NCBI GenBank assembly: GCA_951406725.2
Contig: OX597824.1
Location: 98,642,001-98,706,000 of the forward strand
Direction of reading: 5' to 3'
DNA from: Octopus vulgaris
Lineage: Eukaryota
Length of the DNA stretch: 64,000 bases
Notes under the pieces: model-generated
What the model was told of the DNA's origin: nothing
Databases searched by the model: none
Seen by the model: only the letters and a program-made list of their open reading frames with translations
Program-made: the position numbers and the translations under genes
Part shown: piece after piece, positions 12,771-26,073 of the stretch
How the letters are laid out: every line of letters begins with the position of its first letter
Numbering within the stretch: position 1 is the first letter of the stretch

Positions 12771-14100
12771 CACACACTCAACAGCAACCATATCTCCGTT
12801 TCTGAAACCACTTCATTCAAGGACATATCTGCTCTCTTCCTTTTTCTTTCCTCTCTTCCTTGTTATTATTGTTTTTAACGCATTTTCCTCTTCTTTTCTG
12901 CTTGACTATTTTGTCCTTTGTTTTTTCAGAGAAAGAACAAACGCCCGAAACGTCAAAGAATCTATTTTATCTTTTCGTCAAAATCGTTAAACGAAATCCT
13001 TTTATTCATCGTATTTCTCTGTCATTTGCAAACTGTTGTCTCTATCTTTTCACTTTGCGTTGTGTGTATACGTAACCATGTGTTTGTGCATCTTTGCACG
13101 TATGTATGTGTGTGTGTGAGTGTGTGTGCGTGTGTGTATCTGTGCACATGTACGTGAAGTATAGACATATGTAAGCCGGCATGAATGTATGTATATATAT
13201 GTATGTATGTGTGTATGCATGTATGTTTGTATGCATGCATGCAAATGTGTGTATACGTACATGCGTTATGTATATACACATGTATATACACATGTATATA
13301 AAATTTGCTTTCCTGATGACTGTCCACATGTCTGCCTCATGCCTGGATATACTCCCCCTCTCACTCACCACTTACACCCTCTCTCACTCCCTCTTCCTCT
13401 CTCCCTCTCACCTCCCTCTCTGTCTCTCTCTCGGTATATATGTGGGTATGTATATATGTATACAGTTTCAATTTGTTAGTCTCTCCGCTACATTACCGCC
13501 TCCCCTCAAACTCTCTTTCTCTCTCTCTCTATTATCTCACTCTGTCTCCTCCCCTCATTTCTCTCTTTCTCTCTCTATCTCTCTTACTCTCACTCATTCG
13601 ATTTCTTCCTCCCTCTTCCTCTTTTCCTTTCCCCCTCACACCTCCTCAGTTCAAACAAATTTTGTTTCCATCATCTGCCATTTCATCAATTAATCAAGCC
13701 ACACCACCACCACCACCACCACCACCAACCACACTGTCCCCCACACACACCACTACCACCACCAACAACCACACCGCCCCTCCCCCCACTACCACCACCA
13801 ACCACACTGCCCCTCCCCCCACTACCACCACCATTACTACAATCAACAACTTCGCCCCTACCATCCCCTAAACAACCAGCACCACCACTAATACCACTAT
13901 CACCAACACTACCGTCATGATCACCACTACCACTACCACTGTCACTGCCACCATCACCTACATCCCTACCACGACCACCACCACTACCAAATCGAATTAC
14001 ATATCAGTGACGTCATCACGTCCAAGAACGACCACATGTACAAGGTAACGCTTCAGATATATGTGTATGTGTATGCATATGTATGTGTATGTGTGTGTAC

Positions 14101-14144
<44 letters not shown>

Positions 14145-14884
14145 GCACAAGTACAGAGAGAAGGGAGGAGGTGCTAGGGAAGGGGAGAGGGGGAGGAGGA
14201 GGAAGAGAGGAAATGTTTTGAGGTGTAAATCCGTGAATATGTGATTGGTGCAGTTGCAAGATTTGAGAGAATGACCATAAAGTACAATATGTGTGAGTGG
14301 GGGTGGGGTGCGTGCGTGCGTGCGTGTGTGTGTACGTGTGTGTGTGTACGTGTGTGTGTAGATATTTGCTGTATATGTACTGTATAAATAGGAGTGGAAT
14401 AAAGCAGCGTGTAAGGGCCGAGTAGAGAGTTTGTAACGCTTTGTGTCTTTTTAAGCTGGACCTATAATTGGGTTGGCCAAGGGGCCCCGAGTTTCGTCCC
14501 CGAATAGCAAACTTCGTGAAGTCCTTTAGCAAGTAACTGTGGCTCCCTGTTTCACTATTGCGCATGTGCGTCAGCTAATGCATGTGTGTGTGAGAGAGTT
14601 TATCATTGTGTGTATGTGTGTGTGTGTGTGTGTGTTTGCGTGCGCCGTGGTGTGCTTGTATGTATGTGTAGCTGTTTTTGCGTGTGGCTGCGAGATATTG
14701 ATGTCAGCATATGTTTGATTTCTGTGACGCTTTATCGTCATAGAAATGTATGTATATGTTTATGCGTATGTGTGTCTATATATATGTGTGTGTGTGTATG
14801 TGTGTGTGTGTGTGTACACATATATAAGTATCTATCTATATATATTATGATAGATAGATACATATATGTGGATAAATCTGTGTG

Positions 14885-14928
<44 letters not shown>

Positions 14929-15302
14929 TGTATGTATGTATGTATATATATATATGTATACGTGTGTATGTATATATATATATATATATATATTATGCTT
15001 GTTGTCTGTATATATACAGATATTTATGTAGATATACACATCTATGCATAAACATATAAATACATAGACACACAACACACACACATGTGTATGAGTTGTG
15101 TGTGTCTAAATATATATATATGTATGTATGTATATATGTGTATATATATTATGTATATGTGTTGTGTAAGCGTGCGTGTATACATATGCGTGTGTTTGCG
15201 TATGTGTGTGTTTCTGTGTGTGTATGTGTGTGTGTATTCTTAAATTCCTTATTAAAACTTCACTTTCGAAATTCTCAAACACGCGTCATGTTAAACATGC
15301 AC

Positions 15303-15422
15303 ACACATACACACACATCATGCTATACACATACACACACATCATGCTATACACATACACACACATCATGCTATACACATACACACACATCATGCTATAC
15401 ACATACACACACATCATGTTGC
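15303..15422. repeat. 24-bp minisatellite, 5 units (ACACATACACACACATCATGCTAT)
   Basis: Four identical units plus one variant, read directly. Confidence 0.92.
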
Positions 15423-15584
15423 ACACATACACAGGCACACAGCATATTGGATACATACACACACGTTTGTGTTGTGCTGCACATGTTTAGTAGGAGCCAT
15501 ATGGTTGCGAATTGTGCCTCTTGATGCACATCATACACACACCCAGTCATCCGTATACATATATGAGAGTCTATAGATAGACGG

Positions 15585-15617
15585 ATAGATAAATAGATAG
15601 AAGGATAGATAGAGAGG

Positions 15618-15697
<80 letters not shown>

Positions 15698-15800
15698 CAG
15701 ATGGATGGATGGATAGATAGATAGATAGATAGATAGACAGGTAGATAGACAGACAGACAGACCGACAGACAGACCGACGGACAGATATATAGACAGATGG
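15585..15800. repeat. (AGAT)n/(AGAC)n compound microsatellite
   Basis: Direct reading. Confidence 0.92.
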
Positions 15801-16095
15801 ACAGATTGATAGAGAGACAGAGTGGAGACAAAATGATAGTGACAGAGAGGGGGAGCGGGAGAGAGAGAGTGAGGGAGAGGAAGAGAGAAAGAAATGGATA
15901 AATTACTTTTTTATATATATACGTGGAAGCGGAAACTTTGTAGTGAGAAAAACAACTTAACATAAATATATTTGTTGTGACGATTGACGATGACTTCGAA
16001 ATTTTGGTTCTTGAGAATTTTGAAAAGGTAAAATGCCTTGGAAGTCGAAATTTCAAGGTCACATTCAACTCTTTTCATGCATGCATCCATACATA

Positions 16096-16139
<44 letters not shown>

Positions 16140-16293
16140 GACGCACGCACGCGCACACACACACACACATACACACACGCATATATATATATAAATTGAT
16201 GTAATGAATGCATTGTTCAATTAAATGGAGCCGCTTGAAACGGTCGTACTGCATCCTTACTTGATATCCTGTTGCTTATTTTGATTTTATATG

Positions 16294-16419
<126 letters not shown>

Positions 16420-16707
16420 TTATAGATATAGATATATACATATGCATGTGCTTATATATACACATATACATACATACGTACATACATACATATATACATA
16501 CATACATACATACATACATACATACAGTGTATTATGTGCACTGTGTGTGTGTGTGTGTGTGTGTCTGCTTACATTAGCATGGTTATATATTCATTTATGT
16601 TATCAAAGCTGTCTCTCAGACGTCATACTCTGCTGTATACGAGATTTTATATATAGTTCTTCATTTGCCCACAACCATAACAACAACCACGTCCTTTCTC
16701 TCTCTTT

Positions 16708-16738
16708 CTGACGAAGGACTAATGTCCGAAACGTTGGA
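16708..16738 (+). ncRNA. Minimal PLE-type hammerhead ribozyme core
   Basis: CTGACGA-a-ggac-taat-gtcc-GAAA-CGTT-gga; perfect 4-bp stem II; same family as 8103. Confidence 0.65.
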
Positions 16739-17006
16739 CCTCCCCACGTCAATTATTCAATTTAACAAACTCCTGTAGAAGCTCTTCCTCTGCGGACCTC
16801 ACCATAAACCCCATTGCACATCGTTTCATTCGGATTCTGAATGCTGCCGTATTGCTTTCATACTTGCGATCATCTTTTCATCTTTACTTGATTGTAGTGG
16901 TATATCATGCCTTACTTAAATACAACATATGCCGCAATGTGTTTATACCAGTAATAAACTGGAGTGTAGGACAGTGATCAATGTGGACGTATCTTTGCTT
17001 GTAGCC

Positions 17007-17360
17007 CAGCGGTTCGCGAACGTTGTGCAGCGGCAGTAAATTTGTTGGCCGCGAGAATTTAAGCCCAGTTTTAAAACTTCCGAGAAAATCCAGACTTCGA
17101 ATGTTTTGGAAGCTATGTTGTTTATTATATTTTTTGAAGACAAACAACTTAAGCTAGATTTTCGTAATTAATAGCCACAGAAGCATTATTGATACTAAAA
17201 GATATCATTTATCCCCACTTGAGAACGGATGCTGTGTTATTCTTATTCTAAATTTTGAACTTTAAAACATAATTGCTTAAAACTTTGTGTGCCAAGAGCA
17301 CCTGTAATGTTTTATTTGACGTCGAGTGTGGCAGAAAGTCAACAAAACTGAGAACTACTG
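17007..17360 (+). mobile_element. Old hAT/Charlie-like MITE
   Basis: Left end cagcggttcgcgaac...gcagcggc...gccgcgaga; right end ctgagaactactg (imperfect CAGTGGTTCTCAA-type TIR); 8-bp TSD not preserved. Confidence 0.4.
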
Positions 17361-17499
17361 ACCTTTACGTCCACCAAAGTGTGGCATTGTGTCAAAAATA
17401 GGAATTAATGTCTAACCTGATCAAGATTAATTAATTAACATAGATGATTTATTGATCTTTCTCGACACTGGGAGTGAGTTTGCAGAGAGGGGTGGTATT

Positions 17500-17900
17500 C
17501 ATATTGAGTTTGACCTTATATGGATCGATGTTTGTAGAGAGAGGGAATGAGAGAGTGAGAGAGAGAGAAATAGAGAGAGGAGGAGGATAGGGATGAATAG
17601 GGAATGGGAACCCTGTCTATTTAAGGTGTTGAGTTGAGACGCAGTTGAGATGAAAAAAAATGGTTTCCTATATTTCAGTATGGGGCTGTAAATCTTAGGC
17701 AGTATAAGGAGCTGTAAGGGGCTGCAAATGTAAGGGGTTGTAAGGGGTTTAAATGTAGTGAATTGAGAAAAGTAGAGACTTTTGTAATAGAAGAAACATA
17801 GAGAGAATCTGCAGAAGGTCGATGAGATTTCGTTTTTGATATATTTGTGAATAATTTGCTTATAAAGCGGGTGGCTTATAAAGCGGATGGTTTCGTACAA
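17500..17900 (+). mobile_element. Possible degraded non-autonomous Helitron-like repeat
   Basis: Internal tgtaagggg repeats and a duplicated 3' hairpin-like gcttataaagcgggtgg ending gtttcgtac; no intact CTAG. Confidence 0.3.
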
Positions 17901-18649
17901 TTATTTGATGAGTCTAAGTGTAGCAGCTGCTTCGTCTTGTATACGCAATTGTTGGCTTTATGTAACGTTCACTTGAACTTCGTAGAAGATCAATAATCAA
18001 TTAGAAGATTAACGAGTGATGCGATTTCAAGTAATTTCTGAACGTGAAATTAAAGTTTATTTTTAAAATAAAACTTTAGAAATTTTAAATGTGATTTCAT
18101 CGAGAAGGTTCGTCAAAGAGGTTTAATAAAATGTTTAAAGCAGCGTCTCAAGTTGGGATGATTTAACGGAGTATTTCACGGACTGTACTCTTGTGGAAGT
18201 AACCTTTGATTTTTGTAAAGTCTCCGAAACCAATGACAACCGAACTATATTCTAGTCCCGAAAAGGAATATAAGTATTGTTGTGTTATAGAAGTGAAGTT
18301 GTCTTGAAATATGGTCTGAAAATGTAAGGAATTGCCTTTATAAAAGAGATGATGGTTTACGTGCGGATTTAACGAGTCCATGACATTTTCAATTCAGCCT
18401 CCAAATTCTCGCTGCATAAAACAATCTCATGTTTTGAATGTAAGACCAGCGGTCATCCATTGACTGATCTGACCCCAACGTCACGTTTTGGAGAGGCGAC
18501 GTGACTTAAACAGAATCCACTTCGTTGCAAACATTCAAACCAGATTTTTGGTCACAGAACTTTTTGCCTTCCTCTCCTCCCTCCTCGTCCTCTCATCCTG
18601 AAAGAAGCCCGTCTCAGATATGTGTGTGCAAATATATCTATATATATTA

Positions 18650-19810
18650 AGCGTTCAACAGAGTTGGCCTTCAGAATTGTCAAATATTGGAATTTGTGGA
18701 AAACTACTACACTGGAATGAGTCTAAGTTGTGATCGGTGGAATCCAGGCAAGCTCAGCAAAAGTCACCAGTGGAATCCCTCGGGGGACTGTCCCGGGCTG
18801 CTTCTGTTTCTAGTCTATATAAACGACATTCCAAGTATCATCAAACATAGCAAAGTGGAAATATTCGCCGATGACTCCAAGCTGCGGAAAATTATCAACA
18901 GAGAAGGAGACAGAACTGAACGCCAGCCTCATCTACATGTTGTAAGTCAAATGGGCAGACAAAAGCAAAATGCGACTAAACGAGGGAAAATTTGAACTGA
19001 TGCATTTTGGGAAAAATACTATGCTAAAACAACCATATTCTATTCCTTCAGGGGAACGACTCTCAGCATCTGATAATATCAGAGACCTAGAAGTAATTAT
19101 TGACAACAATCTAAGCTAGAGTGCCCACATCAACAATAAGGTAAACATAGCTCGTAGGATGAGCTCCTGGACCCTAAGAACCTTCCGGTCCAGGGAACAT
19201 TCTTTTCTCTTCCTTTGTACGACCAAACCTCGAATACTGCTGCCCCTCGAAAATTTAATCACCTCAGAGAGCAATCTCTAAAAGAATTAAGGGCATTTCT
19301 GATCTCGATTATTGGAACCGCCTTAAAGCATTGAAACTCTATTCTCTCCAGCGCCGCTGTGAGCGATACATCATTTGCATGACATGGAGAATATACCACG
19401 AACATTGCCCAAAAGACCTCAATATTAGTTTCAGAATTCATTCAAGGCGAGGACCATGGTCCATACGTCCCCAACTCAATTCAGTGTCACAGCACATAAA
19501 TACACTGCAACATAATTTTTTCCCTTAAAAGGCCCTGCCCGATTTAACATTGTCCCACAACAGATCGAAGCAGAAAAGGATCCAATCACCTTTAAACGGA
19601 ATCTGGAGAAAATTCTGCGAGAGATACCAGATAAGCCACCCATACCTGGATAGAACTCATTCAACAAGAACTCCTTACTGAAACGGGCCATGATACCACA
19701 AAACCTGACCACCACAAAAGGATTTCCTCAAGAGGATTTAGCAAATCCTATTAGGTGGTGCTATTAAGTTAGACATGGCCTGAACCAATCTTTGGTTGAA
19801 ACATATGTAA
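18650..19810 (+). mobile_element. 5'-truncated CR1/Jockey-group LINE (RT C-terminal half plus 3' UTR), pseudogenised
   Basis: GLLLFLVYINDIPSIIKHSKVEIFADDSKL (RT catalytic FADD), IRDLEVIIDNNLS, LKLYSLQRRCERY; several stops and frameshifts. Confidence 0.85.
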
Positions 19811-19818
19811 GTTATATA

Positions 19819-21088
19819 CAGGGGGTGGACAAAATAATGGAAACACCTAGCATCATAGCATCATAATTTTGAAATATCTATTAAACCATCAAAAGCTTGT
19901 TTATTTTTATGTTTTTTAAATTATTATTATTGTTGCTTAATATGTTTTGCTAAAATTGCTGTTTCTTTTCAGATATCATCAGGAAAAAGGTCATTAAAAT
20001 TCATTGAAATGACAGATCTATCGAACTTTGAAAGAGGTCAAATTGTTGGTGCTCGTATGGCAAGCGCTAGCGTAACGAAAAACAGCCAAAATGTTTGGTG
20101 TATCAAGAAGTATTGACTCGAAAACAATGACAGCCTTTGAGAAAGAGGAAAAACCTCCTCGTCGAAACAAAACTCCGGAAGAAAGCCAAGACTTTCAAAT
20201 GGGGACTATCGGACTCTTACGCGGATTGTTAGAAAGGATCACAAAAGTACAGCTCTCAAGATTACTGCAGAGCTTAATGAACACTCCGAGAACCCAGTTT
20301 CCACAAAAACTGTTCGCTTAGAACTGCACAAAGCCGGATTTCATGGGAGGGCTGCAATCAGAAAACTACTATTTTCAAAAACAAACGTTGCAAAGCGTTT
20401 AGAGTGGAGTAAAAACCTACAGAATTGGTCCCTAGAGCAGTGGAAGAATGTTATTATCTCGAGCGAGTCATCCTTTACTTTATTTCCGACCACCGGCCGA
20501 GTTTACGTGTGGAGACAGCTAAAAGAAGCATTTGACCCAGACTGCCTTCTTCCAGCTGTTAAACATGAAGGATCTGTGATGATCTGGGGGCTGTATCTTT
20601 GAAATCCGCCGGTCCAATGGTTTCCCTTCATAGCAGAATTAATAGTCGAGACTATTTAAGTATTTTATCTCATCAAATTCATCCTATGGTTGCGAAACTG
20701 TTTCCGGAGGGAAACGCAATCTTTCAGGGTGATAATGCACCAATTAACACAACTAAAGTTGTTACTGAATGGCACGAGGAATATTCTAGAGAAGTTGAAC
20801 ATCTTATCTGGCCACCACAATCTCCAGATCTCAATATTATTGAACATTTATGGTGAATTTTAGAAAAACAAGTAAGGAGTCGATATCCTCCACCATCATC
20901 TCTACAAGAACTGGAGACTGTTTTAGCTGAAGAATGGACAAAAATTCCTTTGGAAACAATTCAAACTTTGTACGAGTCCATACTTCGAAGAATTCAAGCT
21001 GTAATTTCTTTCAAAGGCGATCCTACCCCATATTAAAATAAATTTGTTTAAAATTTTAAGGCGTTCCTATTATTTTGTCGAAGCCCTG
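19819..21088 (+). mobile_element. Full-length Tc1-type DNA transposon, DD36E spacing, inactivated transposase (about 20009-21036)
   Basis: TA|cagggggtggacaaaataatggaaacacct ... aggcgttcctattattttgtcgaagccctg|TA (about 30-bp imperfect TIRs, TA TSD); MTDLSNFERGQIVGARM...FQGDNAP...WPPQSPDLNIIEHLW...GDPTPY*. Confidence 0.93.
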
Positions 21089-21193
21089 TATTGACACTGG
21101 ATATCTTAGTTTGTTTGTCTCTGGACCCTATCCGTGCGGTGGAGAGGGACTGAGGGTGTTTTACAAGCCTTCTCGAATCTAAAATCTTAGGTT

Positions 21194-21300
21194 GTGCAAT
21201 CGCTGACGAGGAGACTCTCCTATTTCCGGTTAAGGGGATGCTGAGGCGATCATGAAAGCTGCGGACGCAAACCAGGGCGAAACCGACCGCAGGTGCAATA
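21194..21300 (+). ncRNA. Degenerate type I hammerhead-like motif with long stem II insert
   Basis: tgcaatcg-CTGACGA...GAAA-ccgacc-GCA-ggtgca; cleavage triplet and stem II decayed. Confidence 0.3.
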
Positions 21301-21389
21301 ACCTCATGTATGGGCATAGCTGGCAATTTGGTTGGGCATGGTCTCCCTCGGTCACGAGTGAATTGACATCTAACATATATATATATATA

Positions 21390-22279
21390 CCTGGTCTGAT
21401 AAATAAGTATTCCAACTGTTGCCATATTAACGAAGCTAAAATACGCAGTGAAAAGCCGCTTCGTACAGTTTGACCTTGAATTCTGCTGTGCATGCGCACT
21501 AAGTTGTAACGTTCTAGCTCTCTTCCGCTGTTTACAGCAGTGCTTGGAAGGAAGGTGTGTAGCGTGTGATCGTTGCATTGACCATGACAGAGAAAGTTGA
21601 GCTGAGAATCTGCATCAAATTTTGCCAAAAGCTTAGCGATACCTGCTCAGAGGACTAAGCAAAGTTTTCGTCGTTCTCGACGCAATCAAGATCTTGTGCC
21701 CCTGAAACCCGAGTGTCTTTTTGGTCAACTGAAAACAGTTTTGGCACTAACTTGGCAGACACGCGTCTCATACCTAAATCTTCAGTGATAATGGACTGAA
21801 CTGAACCGTAACTAATCTGCACATCCTCTGATAACTCATGGATGGTGATTCGACGATTTCCCCTCACAGCTGCTCGCACAACTGCGACGTTTTTCTCAGT
21901 TTTGCTGATTGCGGGTTTCCCAGAACGCTTGTCAGTTTATCAATATCGGCATTTTTTCGGCCATTTTGGAAACGTTTGAACCACTCCTACACTTGTGTGC
22001 GGCTCATACACTCCTCTCCATATACTTTCTGCAACTTTGCGTGGGCCTCTGAGCAGGTATCGCCATACACAACTTTCTCTGTCATGGTCAATGCGACGAT
22101 CACACGCTACACACCTTCCTTCCCAGCATTGCTGTGAACAGAAGAAGTAAGCTAAATCGTTAAAACTTAGTGCGCATGCACAGCAGAGTTCAAGGTCAAT
22201 CTTTGCGAAGCAGCTTCACTCTGTGTACTTTAGCTTCGTTACTATAGCAACAGTCCAGATACTTATTAATCTGACGACG
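21390..22279. mobile_element. Palindromic non-autonomous mariner derivative made of two inverted 5' arms
   Basis: Left cctggtctgataaataagt..., right ...acttattaatctgacgacg. Both arms carry the 5' UTR and ATG (MTEKV...); the minus arm encodes the HTH/linker RRITIHELSEDVQISYGSVQSIITEDLGMRRVSAKLVPKL. TA-rich flanks. Confidence 0.88.
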
Positions 22280-22292
22280 TGTATATATATAT

Positions 22293-22359
<67 letters not shown>

Positions 22360-22380
22360 AACATGCATATATGATATATT

Positions 22381-22610
22381 ATCTTCCATTTGCCTCAGTC
22401 ATTTGACTGCGGTCATGTTGGGGCAGCACCTTAAAGAATTTTTAGTCGAATGAATCAACCCATGATACTTATTTTATCGGTCTTTTTCATCGAACCGCTA
22501 TGTTACGAGGGCGTAAACGCACCAACATCAGTTGCCAAGCGGTGATGGGGAACAAACACAAAGACACACGCACGTGGATATAATGCGCGTGTGTTTGTGC
22601 GTGTGTGTGT

Positions 22611-22669
<59 letters not shown>

Positions 22670-22816
22670 AATATATATACGACGGGCTTCCACACAATTT
22701 GGTCGATCCGATGCAATTGTTGAAGTCACTTGCCCAGTGTGCTGTGCAGTGGGATTGAACCTGTGACCATGTGATTGGGTGAAAATTTCTTACCACACAC
22801 CCGCACATGCGCCTCT
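22381..22816 (-). mobile_element. SINE family A with internal (TG)n
   Basis: cagtcatttgactgcggtcatg...gacgggcttccacac...cagtgggattgaacc...ttaccacac. Confidence 0.88.
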
Positions 22817-22849
22817 ATATAGACGTGTGTGTGTGTGTGTGTGTGTTTC

Positions 22850-24195
22850 TTCTGTCTTTAATCCTTTAAATTCTTCCTCTGAAGAAGGAGTTGGTTTCTA
22901 ACAAAGATACAAAGCTCCATCTTTGGAATGTAGATAACGAAAACAATGTCACATTTTAAACATGGGAAAAGTCTCGTACATTTTTACTGTTCCGCTTACA
23001 GATTGTATTCGTAATGTGCGAATCAAGTGATTGATTTCTTTTTCCGAAAATCCAAGCTTATCCAGACTTAAGCATTTTCTTACAAAACCAAGCGCTCCCG
23101 TTATTATTGGTATAAGTGTAAATTTGCAATCCCGATACAGAAGCTGGACGTTTCGAAGCAGTTGTCCATAGTTAGCTTCTTTCTCTTTGATTTTCAAAGA
23201 GATATTCGCATCAGCAGGACAGCTGACCTCTGTGACGGTAGATACTCTTTCTTGACTATCCCAGACAACAATATCCGGCTTGCTATGCTTACACTTGACA
23301 GATGTTTTGATGGGAACGTTCTATCGGTATTTCTTGCGTTTATATTTGTGTACAAATTCAATAGCAGGAGGATTCTCAATATTTATTCCAAGACAGTCTT
23401 TTTTCCGAATGGCATTGTAAATTGTTTTTGCGGCAATGTCATGTCGCATCGGGGGGGGGTAGTCCTTTGATGATATTTTTGGGCAGCTGTTGACCCCATG
23501 CGTGATGTCTTCCACAGAAATATGACATAATCCAAATTTAGGGTTGCATTTTGGAACCCCAAGGGCTTCACTGTCTCTGTTGTTGATTACGTATCTCATA
23601 GCAATCTCCCGTTCTTGGATTGCAAATGCATAGCCTTCATGTCAATGTTATTATCTTCTTCAAGTCTTCGAAAGACCATGCATGGGTCTTTCTTGGTATG
23701 CTTTGAGTTTCACCTCCAGGTCTTCTTTGAGGTACGCTAGTCCGGCTGATTTGGGATTGCTAGTTTGGGGTCATAGGGAAGTGAGTAATTCCCGAGGAAC
23801 TCCCTTTCGACATATAAGATATTGTTTTGTTAATGTATTTATATTCGCTGCTGTTGTTTAGCAAGTGCTGTCTTAGCGAGACCATGTGACTTCCGGAGGC
23901 TGTCTGCACTGATCTCAAGCCCCATATCTCCTTCATCTCTTCTTAGGTGCAGCCTGTCGATATCATTGTTTCTATGGAGATTTCCATCTGATGTTAGAAT
24001 CTTGCGACCTTTAATGTCTGTGCAGTGGATTTCTTCTACAGACCAGTCAAGTATCCAAAATGTTGGAATCAGCACTGGCACTGCAAATGCATTGTGGGAT
24101 ATTGTCATTTTGTAAGAGGGGAGTCCCGACTGCCATGTTTTTCTCAGTCTGGTATAATATTCTTGGGTCACTCTATCTTTATTCACAGTACCTTC
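22850..24195 (-). mobile_element. 5'-truncated R4/Dong-like LINE (RT C-terminus, CCHC region, REL endonuclease, 3' UTR)
   Basis: AFAVPVLIP.F..LDWS; DIDRLHLRRDEG.MGL; RHDIAAKTIYN; KPDIVVWD..EVSCPAD; IPIITGALG...SVSGTVK. Confidence 0.85.
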
Positions 24196-24269
24196 GTATG
24201 TATAGATGGATGGATGGATGGATGGATATTACAAAGTTCCTTTTCAGACATGAGACCTGATATGTGTAT

Positions 24270-24553
24270 ACAAAGTGGTGATCCACGGACCGGTGCCGGC
24301 CTGCGAGCCATCAGCTGCCGATAGGCGGCGAATTTCCAAGAGAGCAGGAAACAGTATAAAATGTTTATGTAATATTGTATTATTTGTTTACAAAATAAAA
24401 ATAGGATAAAAAAAATATTGTCAACTTTTATTATATTCATTATATATATTGTTTCCGGTATAAATTGATATTACTAAGAAATATAACCGGTCCCTGACGC
24501 ATTGAAAAAAAAAGGCTACCGGTCAGCCACATCAGATAGTTCGGGAAGCACTG
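24270..24553 (+). mobile_element. hAT/Charlie-like MITE (right TIR intact)
   Basis: caaagtggtgatccacggaccggtgccgg... subterminal accggt repeats; right end gttcgggaagcactg followed by gtcttac. Confidence 0.6.
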
Positions 24554-24905
24554 GTCTTACTGACTTTGTTGCTGTCACTTAGAGGTCCCGTTGCTGTTAT
24601 TATCGATGAAAATCAATTACAACAAAATTTTAATCACCAGGGCTATCATGCCTATTTTACCAATTAGTATCCTAGAGAGATATTTGCTCAGATCTTATTT
24701 GCATCCTGCAAAGTGAAGTTGCGACGTCCAAGCGCTAAAGAATTCGTTCCAGTAAACTTTTCATTCTACTCTGTGTAATGTCGACATTAATTGGATTCTA
24801 AGTACATCCACCTAAACCGTGTTTGAATGATGTATGTGTTTTATATTTATGTGTGTATGGTGTGTGTGAGTGTGTGTATATACGTATGTGTAACATCACA
24901 TCTGA

Positions 24906-25143
24906 CACTCCGTCGGTTACGACGACAAGAGTTCCAGCTGAGCCGGTCAACGGAACAGCTTGCTCGTGGAATTAACGCGCAAGCGACTGATCCTTCCTCA
25001 GACACTCGTACCGTTAACGTAGCTCTCGGGGAAATTCAGCGTGAAGGAAAATGGGGCAAGGTTGGTCCTTTCAATTACAAGGGCATCTCACTTTTGCCTA
25101 CGAAGTGGACTGCAGCAACGTGGAATGAAGTCTTTTGTCGAAC
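24906..25143 (-). mobile_element. SINE family C (head missing)
   Basis: ctccgtcggttacgacgacaagagttccagctga...aattaacgcgcaagcgactga...gtggactgcagcaacgtgg. Confidence 0.8.
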
Positions 25144-26071
25144 GTGTATGTATGTATATATATATATATATGTATATAAGAGATAATGGTATCATTGAGA
25201 CCCAAAGGTGTCAGGTAATGCTGAATAAGTGCTATAGACAGAACATAGTTAAGTTCCAGATTCGGTAATATTGCGAATAAAGGGTTCAAAGTTGGTTCTA
25301 TGTCACCGTGTGTATCTCATTACGCAAAAAATTCATATATACGTATGTATATATAAATATAGGTATGTATGTATGTGTATGTACGTATGTATGTATGCAT
25401 ATGTATGTGTATATGTATATATGTACACGAGTGTGTATATTTTTAAAGCTTTGGTCCTTTGTATCATATCAGTTATTGGAATTACTTTGTTGCTGTTGTT
25501 GTTGTTGTTGTCGTCGTCGCCGTGGTGGTGGTGGTAGCTGTTGTTGACAATTTCTTTCGCTGCCTTGTTTCATGTTCGTCTTTTTGTTAAAATGTTCGAT
25601 ATTTTAGGTTCGATATATTTATGAAGCGGAGAAGTTGGGTGATTTGATTGCGTTTAGCCTCGGGAACAGACATTAACTGTAAATAGCAAGAACAACAAAG
25701 ACACTTACAGCTGAAACAACAACAACAACAACAATAAAAAGAGCTACAGCTGCAACAAAAACAACAACTGTTTCAGCAACGAGAACAACAGCAATAACAG
25801 CAACAACAACACCATCAGTCATACATTCAACAATAATAATAACGTTAATAACACAGCAGCACCAATGACTGCAACAATAACAACAACAACAACGACGACA
25901 ACAACAATAACAATAACAATACAGGCAAATACGTGAGTCGCACCATTAACCCGACAACAACAACAATAACAACAACAAAAAGCAATACCAACGATACAAC
26001 AATAGCAGCAGTAGCAGCAATGACAAAAGGAAGTGTAATGTTTGAGATGGAACCTCAATATTGCTGCTGCC

Positions 26072-26073
<2 letters not shown>

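Noticed and set aside
15303-15422. CRISPR-like regular repeat
   Set aside because: Head-to-tail units without unique spacers; no cas genes; eukaryotic context
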